Shown: positions 1 to 11,759, numbered from the stretch's first letter. The stretch is 64,000 nucleotides of DNA from a candidate division FCPU426 bacterium (GCA_963796105.1 CAWCKJ010000003.1:672001-736000), one strand, 5' to 3'. Made by a program: numbers and translations. The notes: generated by a model not told the origin, from the letters alone.

Positions 1-15
1 TTACCACAGGGACCC

Positions 16-54
16 ATGCCGAACCTCAATGAAGATTTCATTGAAAGTTCGGCA
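16..54. repeat. Inverted repeat within a REP-like cluster
   Basis: ATGCCGAAC-C-TCAATGAA-gat-TTCATTGA-aa-GTTCGGCAT; related GTCTCTGAGTCTC...GTG motifs near 143-163 and 52095-52113. Confidence 0.5.
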
Positions 55-297
55 TAGCACCGATTTCCTTAACTGATTTATGGAAAACCGGCGCAGAGCC
101 TCAGCTAAGATAATTCTTTAAATAATATGTTCTTTTGGCTGGGTCTCTGAGTCTCTGGGGTGAATTCAAGAATTTTGTTAGAGTTTCTTAGTCTTTTACC
201 ATCAGGGTTTTCACACTATCCTTTCAATTCCCTATTATGAAAAACCTCTCAAATAGTTTTTGAAGCCTCTTCTTTTTACACGGTGTAAAATAAGCCC

Positions 298-1725
298 ATG
301 CGTTTAACCAAAAGCTGGTTCCCGCTCTTTCCTATCCTGGGCCTTTTGGCTTCGGGCTGTGCCACATCCGGTTCATCCTTGATGGTCCCGATTAGGCCCG
401 CGCCTATCCACACCCTGAAATCCCCCCCTCCCGCCCGGCTCCTCATTCCCCTGGTGGTAAAGATCCCCAAATTGACTGACGTGGAAAAACACCTGGCTGA
501 ATTCGCAAAGAAAGATTTGGCCAAGGCCGAGACATCCCTGACCAAAAGCCTGGGAACCACCGTTTGGTGGGATCCCTTGGATTGGGAATTCAAGGGCAAC
601 AGCCTGACCGCCCACATGCACTTCCACTTCAAGAGACCCGCCGGATCGAAGAGCCTGGCCAAGGAAGCCGAAACCCTCGCCAAGGATGTCGAAAAGGACG
701 CCAAGGTGGATCTGGCCTCGGCCCTCCACTGGAGCGAAGACTGGCACCTGGAAGCGCCCAATTTCAAGGAAACTCCAGGGGAGGAAAAACCCGGGACCGC
801 GGCCGCCCCGGAGACTGGCAAAGAAACGGACGTCCGCAAGGGCGAGAAAATCCTCCGCAAGGGGACTTCCAAGTATCACGAAATGTTGAAAGACGCCTCG
901 AATTTCAAGGAAAAAGCCAAGGAACTTTTCGACAAGATCCAGGAACCCATCAAGATGGCCAAGGACCTCTGGCTCCAGATCAAAACAGACCGGGTGAGCG
1001 TGGGCTCCTTCCGGCTGATTCCTGACGTCCGTTCCCCCCGCCTGGAAACGGTCTTCGAGGTCATCGCCCAGCCCTATGTCGTCATCGGGGATAAACCCCG
1101 CCCCTTGAGGAGCGAATTGCCTCCCATCAAGGAATACCAGCCGGGTCCCGAGGGCTTCCATATCGAAACCAACCTGAAGATCAGCTTCAACGAGGTCAAC
1201 AAGCTCCTGATCGACCCCAAAACCGGCATCCTGAACCGGGCCCTTCCGGGGGGCGGCAACCACCACCTCAAGATCACCTCCATCCGCGTTTATGGTTCCG
1301 GGGGCCGACTCGTGGTGGAGGCCCAGGTGCAGTACGCCCCCGTCATCAATCTCGGGGGCAAACCCGCCGAATTGACCATCTATCTCCTGGGGACGCCCAC
1401 ATTCCACGAGAAGAAACAGGTCATCGACTTTCCCGACATGGATTTTGACATCAAGACCAGCGACTTCCTGGTGCAAATGGCCGCGTTCATCGCGGGTTCC
1501 GGAATAAGGGAGGAATTGCGCAAAAAAGCGGTGATCCCCGTCGGGAAAAACCTGGGGGAATTAAAGACCCAATTGACCCAAATGCTCAACCGGCCCCTGG
1601 GGCGCTTCGCCAGGCTCCGAACCAAGGTCACATCGCTCAAAATGGTGGAAGCCTTTGTCAGCGACTACGGCCTAGAAGGAAGGATTGCGTTGGATGGCGA
1701 CGCGGCGGTGGACCTGAACTGGTAA
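298..1725 (+). CDS. DUF4403-like lipoprotein
   Basis: 475 aa ORF with lipobox-like LASGC; C-terminal half (IYLLGTP...IDFPDMDFDIKT) resembles DUF4403. Confidence 0.6.
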   Translation: MRLTKSWFPLFPILGLLASGCATSGSSLMVPIRPAPIHTLKSPPPARLLIPLVVKIPKLTDVEKHLAEFAKKDLAKAETSLTKSLGTTVWWDPLDWEFKGNSLTAHMHFHFKRPAGSKSLAKEAETLAKDVEKDAKVDLASALHWSEDWHLEAPNFKETPGEEKPGTAAAPETGKETDVRKGEKILRKGTSKYHEMLKDASNFKEKAKELFDKIQEPIKMAKDLWLQIKTDRVSVGSFRLIPDVRSPRLETVFEVIAQPYVVIGDKPRPLRSELPPIKEYQPGPEGFHIETNLKISFNEVNKLLIDPKTGILNRALPGGGNHHLKITSIRVYGSGGRLVVEAQVQYAPVINLGGKPAELTIYLLGTPTFHEKKQVIDFPDMDFDIKTSDFLVQMAAFIAGSGIREELRKKAVIPVGKNLGELKTQLTQMLNRPLGRFARLRTKVTSLKMVEAFVSDYGLEGRIALDGDAAVDLNW

Positions 1726-1831
1726 ATAATATTGAGGATGATCACAGCCCAAATCAGCGGGCTATTTTAAGATCAGTAGACGGATGAGAACCTGATTTTC
1801 CAAATTTGTTCAACTCTCGAAAAAAATCGGT

Positions 1832-2734
1832 TTAGGACCCTAGATCCACTAGGAATTTACCGGAGCCTTTGGTTACGCCGTTCACCTGGATGAGATAATA
1901 ATAAACACCCGATGCCACTAAATTGCCATATCGGTTTCGTCCATCCCATAAAGCGACACCGTTATTCCCTTGGACCACCTGCACCAATTCCCCGGATAAG
2001 GTGAAAAAGGACGCGGTGGCGCCGGTCGGCACGCAATTAACCTTTAAATATCCCCCCACCGCCCATTTGGGATTGAAGGGATCCGGCCAAACATGAATGT
2101 TACAGACAGGAGTAAAAGTCGGTGTGATCGTAGGGGTCAAGGTTATGGTCGGAGTATTGGTAATGGTATTGGTGACTGTGGGTGTTGGTGTCAGGGTAAC
2201 GGTGGGCGTGATGGTAGGTGTCGGGGAGATCGTGGGGGTATCCGTTACGCAGTTGACGGTTAAAGTGATATAACTGCCGAAACTCGTTCCTGGTCCGCTA
2301 GGAACGGTATAGTACATGGTTGAATTAAGCACAAATGTGTTACTGAAACAATCTGTGACCTTCATGACCAACGTAACGTTACCTGACGCGCCAAGAGGCA
2401 GGTCCCCCAAAGTCCAAACCACCTGGCCGGATTCCAGGGTGCAAGATTGCCCCCCCGAGCAGGAAATAAAGGTCAGGTCGGGCGGAATCGCGGTCACAAA
2501 CGTCGTCTGGCTATCCGTATATCCATCAGGATTGGCATTGAGGTACCCGGGGCCGTATATCACGATATCGCCAATATTGTATTGAGCTTGGGCGCTTGAA
2601 AACCCCAGGAACAGGAAAAACACGGTCATCCAAAACATTTTCCACGGCCAGCCCGAATTGGTTTCCGCGGTTGATTGGTTTTTAATCACTTGTTTGTCCA
2701 AATTCCGAGAATATTCTCTTTTAAAAACCAGCAT
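1832..2734 (-). CDS. Secreted protein: DUF11-like domain, Thr/Pro linker, FlgD/T9SS-CTD-like C-terminus
   Basis: Signal-like FLFLGFSSAQA; IPPDLTFISCS...VVWTLGDL; TPT repeats; WPDPFNP...WDGRNRYGNLVASGVYYY. True start may be downstream (MFWM). Confidence 0.7.
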   Translation of the reverse strand: MLVFKREYSRNLDKQVIKNQSTAETNSGWPWKMFWMTVFFLFLGFSSAQAQYNIGDIVIYGPGYLNANPDGYTDSQTTFVTAIPPDLTFISCSGGQSCTLESGQVVWTLGDLPLGASGNVTLVMKVTDCFSNTFVLNSTMYYTVPSGPGTSFGSYITLTVNCVTDTPTISPTPTITPTVTLTPTPTVTNTITNTPTITLTPTITPTFTPVCNIHVWPDPFNPKWAVGGYLKVNCVPTGATASFFTLSGELVQVVQGNNGVALWDGRNRYGNLVASGVYYYLIQVNGVTKGSGKFLVDLGS

Positions 2735-2885
2735 TAAATGGATTTTTCACCATTAGTCGGGTGAAAAGAAACTTTTAATCATTACGCACTAAGGGAGTTT
2801 AGCACGAAATATTCGCATTGACGATTCCACGCTAATTAAATTCAGGGACAATCCAGCCAACACACATTAATGACAGAGGTATTAT

Positions 2886-3860
2886 TTATGGCTTGAAATA
2901 TTTCGCGGCTTCCTTGGCCCAATAGGTAATGATTCGATCCGCCCCCGCCCGTTTGATGGCCATAAGGCTTTCGGCCATGGCTCCCTCCAAATCCAGCCAT
3001 TTTAACTTCCCAGCGGCCTGAATCATGGAATATTCCCCGGAGACGTGGTAGGCCCAGAGGGGAACCGGGAATTTCATCCGGGCCTTCGCGATGATATCCA
3101 GAGCCGTCAAGGCGGGCTTGACCATGACCACGTCCGCCCCCTCCTCTATATCCATCTGGATCTCTCGCAAGGCCTCGCGCGCGTTGGAAGCCGGCATCTG
3201 GTAGGTTTTGCGGTCTCCAAAGGCCGGGGTGGAACCCGCGGCTTCCCGGAACGGTCCGTAGAATTGGGACGAAAACTTGGCCGCGTAACTCAACAACAGG
3301 GTGTTTTCCTGTTTGTTCTTTTCCAGCACCTTCCTGATAAATCCTACGCGTCCATCCATCATGTCCGAAGGCGCCACAATATCCGCACCCGCTTGAGCAT
3401 GGGATAGTGCGATCTTGCCCAGCAGGACCAGGGTCGGGTCGTTCTGGACTTCGCCCTTGGAAATAATCCCGCAATGGCCATGGGAGGTGTATTCGCAGGC
3501 GCAGACATCGGTGATTACCACCAGAGAGGGAATTTCCTTTTTTAAAACCCGGACCGCTTTCTGGATGATTCCATTGGAGTTATAGGCTTCCTTTGCCGAC
3601 GGATCTTTCTTTATGGGGATACCGAATAATAGAACCGCCGGGATTCCAAGGGCATGGGCCGAGGCCGCTTCCCTCACGAGGGAGGATAGGGAGCGTCTGA
3701 ATACCCCCGGCATGGAGGAAATCGCCTCAGGGGATTTTAAGCCCTCAGCGACGAACAAAGGCAGGATGAAATCCCGCGCTCCCAGCATAGTTTCTTCAAA
3801 CAGGCCGCGAAGAGCCTTGGTTCTTCTTAACCGCCTCATTCGTTGGATTGGGAAAGCCAT
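2886..3860 (-). CDS. hemB: Porphobilinogen synthase
   Basis: RMRRLR, DVCACEYTSHGHCG Zn site, APSDMMDGR, MVKPA, YHVSGEY. Confidence 0.97.
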   Translation of the reverse strand: MAFPIQRMRRLRRTKALRGLFEETMLGARDFILPLFVAEGLKSPEAISSMPGVFRRSLSSLVREAASAHALGIPAVLLFGIPIKKDPSAKEAYNSNGIIQKAVRVLKKEIPSLVVITDVCACEYTSHGHCGIISKGEVQNDPTLVLLGKIALSHAQAGADIVAPSDMMDGRVGFIRKVLEKNKQENTLLLSYAAKFSSQFYGPFREAAGSTPAFGDRKTYQMPASNAREALREIQMDIEEGADVVMVKPALTALDIIAKARMKFPVPLWAYHVSGEYSMIQAAGKLKWLDLEGAMAESLMAIKRAGADRIITYWAKEAAKYFKP

Positions 3861-3910
3861 GTTTTTCCTTTAAAAGCTAAGTCGATTCCAGGTAATTAAC
3901 GGAGATGAAA

Positions 3911-4753
3911 TTATATAACCCTTTGCTTGTATTTTCTTCCCCAAGCCGTAATCGCATTCGCGAATCCGGCAATGGTGTATTTGGCCGGTTTAACAACGAT
4001 TTCCATTCCCCATTTATGAACCGAACTAGCCGTGACTGGTCCGATCACCGCTATAGGAGTATCCTTTAGCCATTTTGCCCTTTGCGCTGATGTAAAAGAA
4101 TTGAAAAAATGATCTAACGCCAACGAAGAGGTGAAGGTAATAAGATCAGCTCCGCCATTTTTCTTAAACAATATCCTGAGTTTGCCAACACTTCCCTTCG
4201 GCATATCGTTTTTATATAAGGTTACGCTGTCAACCCTGGCGCCCTTTTTCTTTAGAAAATCGGAAAGGAGTTCTCTCCCTTCCCGGGCCCTGCAAAGTAA
4301 AAGCCTTTTCCCCCCCAAGGGCACTTTACCGAACTCCTCGGCCAAACCTTCCTGTTGAAAATCCTCGGGAACCAAATCCGGCTTCAAGCCAAAAGACTTC
4401 AGGGTTTTTGCCGTAGCTTCCCCGACGCAGGCAATCCTGGCTTTGCCAAGGGCTTGGATATTTTTTCTGAGTTTTTTCCAATGTCCGATAAATATACGAA
4501 CCCCGTTCGAGCTGTAAAATACCAGCCAATCGAACTCGTCGGCTTTTCTTATGAGTTTTTGCCCAGTTTTCCCCAAAGGAAGCGGGACAATTTCAGATAC
4601 TGGAATTTCAATGACTTTAAATAACTTCCCGTTTAGAAGACCCGTCAACTGCCCCGCTTGAGATTTCGCGCGGGTGACAAGGACCTTCAATTTTGGCCGC
4701 CCCTGAAACCGGTTGCCTTTCCCAGTGATCTGAACAATCTTATTTTTTTCCAT
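3911..4753 (-). CDS. hemD: Uroporphyrinogen-III synthase
   Basis: VLVTRAKSQA, WLVFYSSNGV, CVGEATA, ITFTSS, AVIGPVTA; hem context. Confidence 0.88.
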   Translation of the reverse strand: MEKNKIVQITGKGNRFQGRPKLKVLVTRAKSQAGQLTGLLNGKLFKVIEIPVSEIVPLPLGKTGQKLIRKADEFDWLVFYSSNGVRIFIGHWKKLRKNIQALGKARIACVGEATAKTLKSFGLKPDLVPEDFQQEGLAEEFGKVPLGGKRLLLCRAREGRELLSDFLKKKGARVDSVTLYKNDMPKGSVGKLRILFKKNGGADLITFTSSLALDHFFNSFTSAQRAKWLKDTPIAVIGPVTASSVHKWGMEIVVKPAKYTIAGFANAITAWGRKYKQRVI

Positions 4754-5158
4754 TTAATCCGTCTCATTCAGAATCGAATTTTAAACAACATTGCCAACAT
4801 CATTTCCGGAAACCCCAAAGATTTCATCTTTTAAGATCACGTTAAAAATTACTAGATATGCCATTTTATGGGGTGTTCATTGAAAAACATAGCCGCGTAA
4901 ACATGGTGGCGATTCCATTAATTGCCCTCATGAATATCTAATTTGTAATGAAAAACATTAAATAGTCGTGATATTCACAGACCATCAGAAAGCAGCGCTA
5001 TTTTACGGATCTTTGAAACCGTTTTCAGAGTCAACCTTGATTATCAAGTAAAAGTAAAAAATCCTCCCGAAAAGAAACGGAACTGTGAAAAATCGGGTAT
5101 ATTCTTAACAACAAAAAAAGACATTTGAAACAAACAATATTTCGAATTAGGGAACCTC

Positions 5159-8100
5159 TTGAAAAGACCGGGCCTTCTCATTTCCAATTTCATCTCTCAT
5201 GATTTTTCACTTTTTTCTTTTTTAAATCCAATCAAACGCCGTTATAGGTTCGCAGTCCTCGGAATTTTTTTAATTGTTCTTCCGGGGAAAGACGCCTATG
5301 CCCTGTTGGATACGCTATATGTCACAGGGAACCAGCTTGCCACCTCCCCTTCAAACGGTTGTACGCTTACACTTAAAGGCGTTGACGTGGATGGGTTGGA
5401 ATTCTCCCCCTATGGTTATGGGCCCGGCGGTAGCAGTTCCAATTGCGGCGGCTTTACCGGAAACAGCACCAACGGCTGCGGTGGAAATACCCTGGCGGCG
5501 GCCCAGGAAGCGGTCACGGCCTGGCATGCCACAGTCATCCGCCTTCCATTGAACCAGGATTTCTGGTTCGGTTGTTCCAATTCGATCACCCAGATCGCGG
5601 CCACCCAATACCAGTCGGCGGTATCCGCCATCGTCGGATACTGCGCCTCCAACAACTGTTATGTCATCCTGGACCTCCATTGGTCAGGCACCTATAGCGG
5701 CACTTCACCCACAACACCCTGTAGCGGATCGGGCTGGGGTACCGCCACGGGACAAGAAGCAATGGCGGATGCCAACGCTATCACCTTTTGGGGTTCCGTA
5801 GCCAGTATGACCTGGACCAAAAACAATCCAGCGGTCATGTTCGACCTGTACAACGAACCCACCAATATTCCCGCCGCGGCATGGGTTACCGGCGGAAGTA
5901 CAGGCGGAACCGATACCCCCTCCTGGACACCCGGAATGCAGGGACTGTTGAACGCGGTGCGCGGCGTAGGCGCCAATAATATTTGCTTGTTGGGCGGCTT
6001 GTCCTGGTGTTCAAACCTGAAAAGCGTCCTCAGCGCCCCAGGGCCAGTCACCAATAACGGTAATGGCGTCGTCTACTCAGCGCACTTTTACGGGTCCAAC
6101 GACGGAACCACACCCACAAGTTGGAACGCGGATGTGCCATCAAGTCTCTTGTCCACTGCCCCAGTTTTCGTCGGAGAATTCGGCGGTCCCACGACTTGTG
6201 GAACAGATCCTGATAATCCCACTTTCGACTCAAATATGATCGGCACTTCAGGATGGGCCGTCACAACCAATGGTGTTGTGGGAGCCACCGCCTGGTCATT
6301 TACCGATGATTCCTGCCCTAACATGCTTTCGAATTGGACTTGGACCGCCAACGCATGGGGTGCCGCCGTATCTACCTGGCTGGCGACGCCAATCCCCACT
6401 TGTCCTCCCATCACCCCCGGGCCGACTCTTACTCCGACTTTGTCTCATACCCCAACCCAAGTTGTCACGCCCACCTTTACCAATTCCTCAACCCGGACTC
6501 CCACTCCTTCTTCAACAAACACAAACTCTCCAACCGCATCAAGCACACAAACGCGCACGCCCACAAATACATCCACCAATACGGTGACCAATACCTTAAC
6601 TAATACATTAACCAGCACGCCCACCCTTACCGTGACGCACACAAATACACCCACTAACACATCCACTCCCACGCCAACCGCTTCCCCAACAGTCACCAGG
6701 ACCTACACACAAACCAACACCCTTACGAACACTTATACCAGCACCCCATCCCCGACTTTGACCCGCACGAATACCTCCACTAGCACCGTCACCAACACGG
6801 CGACCTTTACCTCAACTGCGACCAGAACAAACACGTCCACCAATACGGTCACGGCCACTCTGACGAACACTTCCACCAGCACCGCCACGAATACAGCGAC
6901 ATCCACTTCTAGTCCGACCAGGACAAATACCGCCAGCTACACCCCGACGCCTACTCCGACCGCAACTCGGACGAATACTTTGACCAACACAGCGACTGCC
7001 ACCTTGACGAATACCACGTCCAACACCGCCACCAATACGACAACACCCACTTTAACATCGACAAGGACCAATACACCGACAAACACTTCCACCAGCACCC
7101 CAACTTCAACGCCCAGCAATACCGCCACGAATACACCCACCAACTCGACAACAGCAACCTCGACTCGGACAACCACGCCTACGTCCACTAATACCGCTAC
7201 TTCCACCTCAACTTCGACTCCGACCAGCACCTATACGAGCACAGTCACCAACACGAGAACCAACACTTCCACCAATACAGCCACAGCGACGAATACGCCG
7301 ACAGTGACCCCCACCGCGACCAATACCAACACGGGGACCGCTTCCCCCACTAATACGCCTACGATCACGCCAACCAGGACCTCAACCTCCACCCCGACGA
7401 ATACCTCCACCGCTACTCCCACGCAAACGGCTACAAACACCCCCACCATTACGGCGACTGCCACGCCGACCAGAACCGCTACGCCGACCTCCACGAATAC
7501 TTCAACCTCCACAGCGACTTCGACTCCGACCAGCACCTTTACGACCACCGCGACAAGCACGAAGACCACCACGCCCACCAATACCCCAACGGCGGCAAAC
7601 ACGAATACCCCGACTGTGACACCCACAGCGACCAACACCAACACGGGAACCACATCCCCCACGAATACCCCAACGATTACCTCGACTAGGACTCCAACGC
7701 CCACACTGACAAATACTTCATCTTCCACTTCGACTCCGACTGTAACGAACACAACCACCAACACTTCAACGGCCACTACGACGCGGACGCCAACCCCTTC
7801 ATCCACGAACACCCCAACCCACACGCCTACATCCACCCAGACAAATACCTCAACCGCTACGCCGACTCCGACGCCTTCTTACACGTCCACCAGTACTTCC
7901 ACATACACGAAGACCACTACGCCCACCAATACCATGACGGCAACGAATACAAATACCCCAACGGTGACGCCCACTGCCACCACAACCAACACCGGGACCC
8001 AGCCGCCCACGAACACGCCGACCAATACCTCCGCCTTCACGAACACAGCAACTCATACCTTGACTACAACACCGACGAATACTTCAACTTCCACTCCGAC

Positions 8101-9484
8101 AGCGACGAACACATCAACGTCTTCGATGACGCCTACTGCGACCCGCACCGCTACCACGACGGTCACGAACACGATGACCGTTACGGCTTCGCCAACCCCG
8201 ACACCAACGGTGGCGAACACGTCCACCAACACACCAACGGCTACCCCAACCAGGACTGCGACTCCCACCTCTACCTATACTTCCACCTCGACCAATACTT
8301 TGACCGCTACTCTGACTTTAACACCCAGCTATACATCCACGAGTACGTCTACTTCGACGAGAACTGCCACACCTACATTTACCCCTACGGCGACTTTCAC
8401 CTCGACTATGACCCCTACAAATACATTCACGAGTACAGGCACTGCGACGAACACGAATACGCCGACTGTGACACCTACCACCACCAATACCAACACAGGG
8501 ACCCAGTCACCCACTAATACGCCGACTATAACGCCCAGCTTCACGAACACTCCAACGCAGACCCCGACACCCACAGCGACGGCTTCGATGACGTCTTCGC
8601 CAACTCCAACGGCGACAGACACATTCACCAACACCCCAACGTCCACCCCGACTGAGACGCCGACTTCTACCTTTACTTTCACGCTCACGAACACATTGAC
8701 GAATACCTCTACCTTCACACCGACGGCCACTTATACATGGACGAATACGCCGTCAAACACGCCCACTCCGACCGCAACTTATACTCCAACGAATACCAAT
8801 ACCGGGATCCAGTCACCCACCAACACACCGACGGCGACATTCACACCCACCCATACTCCGACTAATACGTCCACCTCGACGATGACGAATACGCAGACAC
8901 CCACCAACACCTTTACAAACACCTCCACCCCTACCTTTACCAGCACCAAGACGGCTTCGACTACAGCGACTCCTGCGTCATCGCCTACGCTCACCGCTTC
9001 GCCTTCCCCTACGGTCACGAACACGATGACCGTTACGCCAACTCCGACTGTCACCCGCACGCTGACCCCAAGCTTCACTTCGACGCCGACGGGGACATTC
9101 ACTTATACAGAGACTCCAACAAGCACTGCCACTTTCACGGCGACATTCACCGTGTCTTACACTCCAACGACCACCTTGACACAGACATCCACACCGGTAG
9201 GCAAGAATGGGGTGTTTATTTATCCGAATCCTGTGAGTGGTACTGAGCCTGTGACAATCCAGGTGACCCTGACGCGAACCGAGCCGTTGGTACGGATCGG
9301 GATATACACGTTGTCCTTCAGGAAGGTGAATGAGGTTGACCGGACCCAAGTGCCGGCAGGAGTCAGCGAGATAGCAGTCCCCCTGACGGACAAGGCCGGC
9401 AAACCTCTCGCGAATGGGATCTACTACGTAGTGTTCCAGGCGCCCCAGGGGCGCCTTGTCGCCAAATTGCTTATCTTGAGATGA
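5159..9484 (+). CDS. Secreted GH5 glycoside hydrolase with ~930-aa Thr-rich stalk and T9SS-CTD-like C-terminus
   Basis: VIRLPL, ILDLHW, DLYNEP (acid/base), YSAHFY, VGEFG (nucleophile), TAWSF; C-terminal IYPNP...LANGIYYV...KLLILR. Confidence 0.88.
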   Translation: MKRPGLLISNFISHDFSLFSFLNPIKRRYRFAVLGIFLIVLPGKDAYALLDTLYVTGNQLATSPSNGCTLTLKGVDVDGLEFSPYGYGPGGSSSNCGGFTGNSTNGCGGNTLAAAQEAVTAWHATVIRLPLNQDFWFGCSNSITQIAATQYQSAVSAIVGYCASNNCYVILDLHWSGTYSGTSPTTPCSGSGWGTATGQEAMADANAITFWGSVASMTWTKNNPAVMFDLYNEPTNIPAAAWVTGGSTGGTDTPSWTPGMQGLLNAVRGVGANNICLLGGLSWCSNLKSVLSAPGPVTNNGNGVVYSAHFYGSNDGTTPTSWNADVPSSLLSTAPVFVGEFGGPTTCGTDPDNPTFDSNMIGTSGWAVTTNGVVGATAWSFTDDSCPNMLSNWTWTANAWGAAVSTWLATPIPTCPPITPGPTLTPTLSHTPTQVVTPTFTNSSTRTPTPSSTNTNSPTASSTQTRTPTNTSTNTVTNTLTNTLTSTPTLTVTHTNTPTNTSTPTPTASPTVTRTYTQTNTLTNTYTSTPSPTLTRTNTSTSTVTNTATFTSTATRTNTSTNTVTATLTNTSTSTATNTATSTSSPTRTNTASYTPTPTPTATRTNTLTNTATATLTNTTSNTATNTTTPTLTSTRTNTPTNTSTSTPTSTPSNTATNTPTNSTTATSTRTTTPTSTNTATSTSTSTPTSTYTSTVTNTRTNTSTNTATATNTPTVTPTATNTNTGTASPTNTPTITPTRTSTSTPTNTSTATPTQTATNTPTITATATPTRTATPTSTNTSTSTATSTPTSTFTTTATSTKTTTPTNTPTAANTNTPTVTPTATNTNTGTTSPTNTPTITSTRTPTPTLTNTSSSTSTPTVTNTTTNTSTATTTRTPTPSSTNTPTHTPTSTQTNTSTATPTPTPSYTSTSTSTYTKTTTPTNTMTATNTNTPTVTPTATTTNTGTQPPTNTPTNTSAFTNTATHTLTTTPTNTSTSTPTATNTSTSSMTPTATRTATTTVTNTMTVTASPTPTPTVANTSTNTPTATPTRTATPTSTYTSTSTNTLTATLTLTPSYTSTSTSTSTRTATPTFTPTATFTSTMTPTNTFTSTGTATNTNTPTVTPTTTNTNTGTQSPTNTPTITPSFTNTPTQTPTPTATASMTSSPTPTATDTFTNTPTSTPTETPTSTFTFTLTNTLTNTSTFTPTATYTWTNTPSNTPTPTATYTPTNTNTGIQSPTNTPTATFTPTHTPTNTSTSTMTNTQTPTNTFTNTSTPTFTSTKTASTTATPASSPTLTASPSPTVTNTMTVTPTPTVTRTLTPSFTSTPTGTFTYTETPTSTATFTATFTVSYTPTTTLTQTSTPVGKNGVFIYPNPVSGTEPVTIQVTLTRTEPLVRIGIYTLSFRKVNEVDRTQVPAGVSEIAVPLTDKAGKPLANGIYYVVFQAPQGRLVAKLLILR

Positions 9485-9542
9485 AACACTTCAGGGAGAG
9501 AAAAACAAACAAATCAATCTTCTAATATTTATTCGAAATGAG

Positions 9543-10472
9543 TTACATTTTAAAAAAGTTTTTAAGTATCCCCTTCGCGCCATTCCTCAACAAATCATCC
9601 GCTAATGAAATTCCAAGTTCTACCGGACTTTGAGCCGGTCCTTTAAGACGCCCCCTCAATAACGGGGTCCCTTTGGGATCAGCAATGAATCCCGAAAGAA
9701 CAAGTTCATTTCCATCCGCATGAGCCAATGCGCCGACCGGAACGCGGCATCCACCCTGGAGTTTTTTCAAGAAAGCCCTTTCCGCCTCCGCGCTGATCTC
9801 CGTTGGGGAGTCGTTCAACACGCCCAGCTTGCTTAAAAGCTCACGGTTATTGCCTAGAATGGTCACACACAGGATTCCTTGGGCCGGCGCCGGGAGGAAG
9901 ACATCCGGCTCCAACAACTCGGTGATTTCTTCCCGCCTGCCCAAACGTATCAGCCCAGCCGCGGCAACAATGATGGCATCCGCTTCCCCTTTCTTGAGCT
10001 TCTTGATGCGGGTATCCACATTGCCGCGCATGGGAATAACGGTAAGGTCCGGACGGGACGCGTGAATTTGAGCCTCACGGCGGGGAGAACTTGTTCCCAA
10101 CCGCGATCCAGGAAGAAGTTCCCTGAACATTTTGCCGCCGGCCGAGATAAGCGCGTCCCGAGGCTCCTCCCTGCTAAGGAAGGCGCCGTAGACGATCCCC
10201 TCCGGCAGGACAGTCGGGACATCTTTCAGGCTATGAACCGCGGCTTGAATTTTTCCCGAAAGAAGCGCCTCATCCAATTCCCTGGTAAATATTCCTTGGG
10301 GTTCACTGCTCGAAGGCATAACACCCGGGGAAACCCCCAGTTGATCGCCTAATGTTTTGATCGGTTCTAGGCGGACCCCTTCCCCATTTAATATTCCGGC
10401 GATCTTCGCCCGGACCATTTCCGCTTGGGCCATGGCTAACGCACTTCCCCGGGTCCCAAGAAGAAAGGTCAT
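9543..10472 (-). CDS. hemC: Hydroxymethylbilane synthase
   Basis: GTRGSALA, AVHSLKDVP, GTSSPRR, RGNVDTR, LQGGCRVP. Confidence 0.97.
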   Translation of the reverse strand: MTFLLGTRGSALAMAQAEMVRAKIAGILNGEGVRLEPIKTLGDQLGVSPGVMPSSSEPQGIFTRELDEALLSGKIQAAVHSLKDVPTVLPEGIVYGAFLSREEPRDALISAGGKMFRELLPGSRLGTSSPRREAQIHASRPDLTVIPMRGNVDTRIKKLKKGEADAIIVAAAGLIRLGRREEITELLEPDVFLPAPAQGILCVTILGNNRELLSKLGVLNDSPTEISAEAERAFLKKLQGGCRVPVGALAHADGNELVLSGFIADPKGTPLLRGRLKGPAQSPVELGISLADDLLRNGAKGILKNFFKM

Positions 10473-10484
10473 GAAATAATGCCC

Positions 10485-11759
10485 TTACTCATTTTCTGGG
10501 TTTTCAACGAGCGAGAAAAGTTCATTCAACATTCTGGCGTATTCAAGGCGGTCCCGCTCGGTTTTCACCTTTTTCAAGTTCGCCGAGGGGGCGTGCAGCA
10601 ATTTGGCGGTTAAATCATGGACGAGGCGTTCCATGTCTTTGCGTTCATTCTCCGGCAGGTTGGGATGCTTTTTCAAAAACTCACCCCACTCCGCCCGCTG
10701 TAAACCCTCAAAATGCTCTCTCAGCCTAACCACCGTCGGAACTAGTTCCAGGGAGGCATACCAAGAGCAGATTTTTTCCATTTCCTCCCGGAGTATGTTC
10801 TCGGCGGATTCAACGGCTTTTAACCGTCCAGACCTGTTGGCATCCGCGAGGCCCGCCAAATTGTCGACATTGTAAAGATAGACTGATTCGATTTCCCCGA
10901 CCCCGGGATCGACATTCCTGGGAACGGCAATATCGATGATCAGGAGTGGTTTCCCATAACGGCTTTTCATGGCTCTTTCAAGTTGTTCCCGAACTAACCG
11001 CAATTTCCCCCCGCCCACCGAGGTAATAATGATGTCCATCTGCTCTAACTTGCCGAGCCCGTCCTCCAGGGTCAAAGCCTCCCCCCCCAGTTTCGCTGTC
11101 AGGCCTTTCGCTTTCCCCAGGGTCCGGTTAGCTATAAAAAGACTCCTCACTCCTGCGTCGGTGAGATATTTCGAGGTAAGCTCGCCCATTTCCCCCGCGC
11201 CTAAAAGCAAAACCCGGTGATTTGATAAATCGCTGAAAATCTTGCCGGCCAGGTCCACAGCCACGCTCGAGACATTGGTCGGCATTCGGGCAATATCCGT
11301 TTGCGTCCGAACCCTTTTCGCGGCGGCAAAAGTTCTGTTAAAAACTCCATGCAATATGCTTCCGGCCATCTTCCCCTGGCGGGCTTGCTCGAAGGCGTCC
11401 TTGACCTGGCCGAGAATTTGAGTTTCCCCCACGACCATGGAATCCAGGGAGCTGGCCACCCTGAAAAGGTGGAAAAAAGCCTCAGAACCCTCGTGAAAGT
11501 AAAAATACTTTTGGACTTCCACGGGCTTCAACCGGTGGATTCTGCCGAGAATGGCACGTATTTTCTCAAGGCTCTGTTTTTCGGCGTCTGTGACCACATA
11601 AAATTCCACCCGGTTGCAGGTGGAAAGGAAAACAGCCTCAGCCGCCGTTGCCTTTAGTTCCTCAAGCACCTTCATGACTCCGTCGGGCGCCAAGGCATAC
11701 TTTTCCCGCGTTTGAAGCGGAGCGGTCGTGTGATTCATCCCGTAGGCAAAAAACTTCAT
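10485..11759 (-). CDS. hemA: Glutamyl-tRNA reductase
   Basis: LSTCNRVE, SLDSMVVGETQILGQVK, GAGEMG, DIAVPRN; start set at ATG 11759 (MKFF). Confidence 0.96.
   Translation of the reverse strand: MKFFAYGMNHTTAPLQTREKYALAPDGVMKVLEELKATAAEAVFLSTCNRVEFYVVTDAEKQSLEKIRAILGRIHRLKPVEVQKYFYFHEGSEAFFHLFRVASSLDSMVVGETQILGQVKDAFEQARQGKMAGSILHGVFNRTFAAAKRVRTQTDIARMPTNVSSVAVDLAGKIFSDLSNHRVLLLGAGEMGELTSKYLTDAGVRSLFIANRTLGKAKGLTAKLGGEALTLEDGLGKLEQMDIIITSVGGGKLRLVREQLERAMKSRYGKPLLIIDIAVPRNVDPGVGEIESVYLYNVDNLAGLADANRSGRLKAVESAENILREEMEKICSWYASLELVPTVVRLREHFEGLQRAEWGEFLKKHPNLPENERKDMERLVHDLTAKLLHAPSANLKKVKTERDRLEYARMLNELFSLVENPENE

Noticed and set aside
276..1640. Overlapping ORFs such as 373-1476 (-) and 276-872 (-)
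   Set aside because: Antisense shadows of the 298-1725 gene with no recognisable motifs.
6445..9102. Val/Gly-rich minus-strand ORFs
   Set aside because: Reverse-complement reading of Thr/Pro/Asn codons in the GH5 stalk.
6410..9200. Ice-binding or ice-nucleation protein suggested by TxT periodicity
   Set aside because: No fixed-length coil repeat, and frequent Pro argues against a beta-solenoid; a linker or stalk is simpler.
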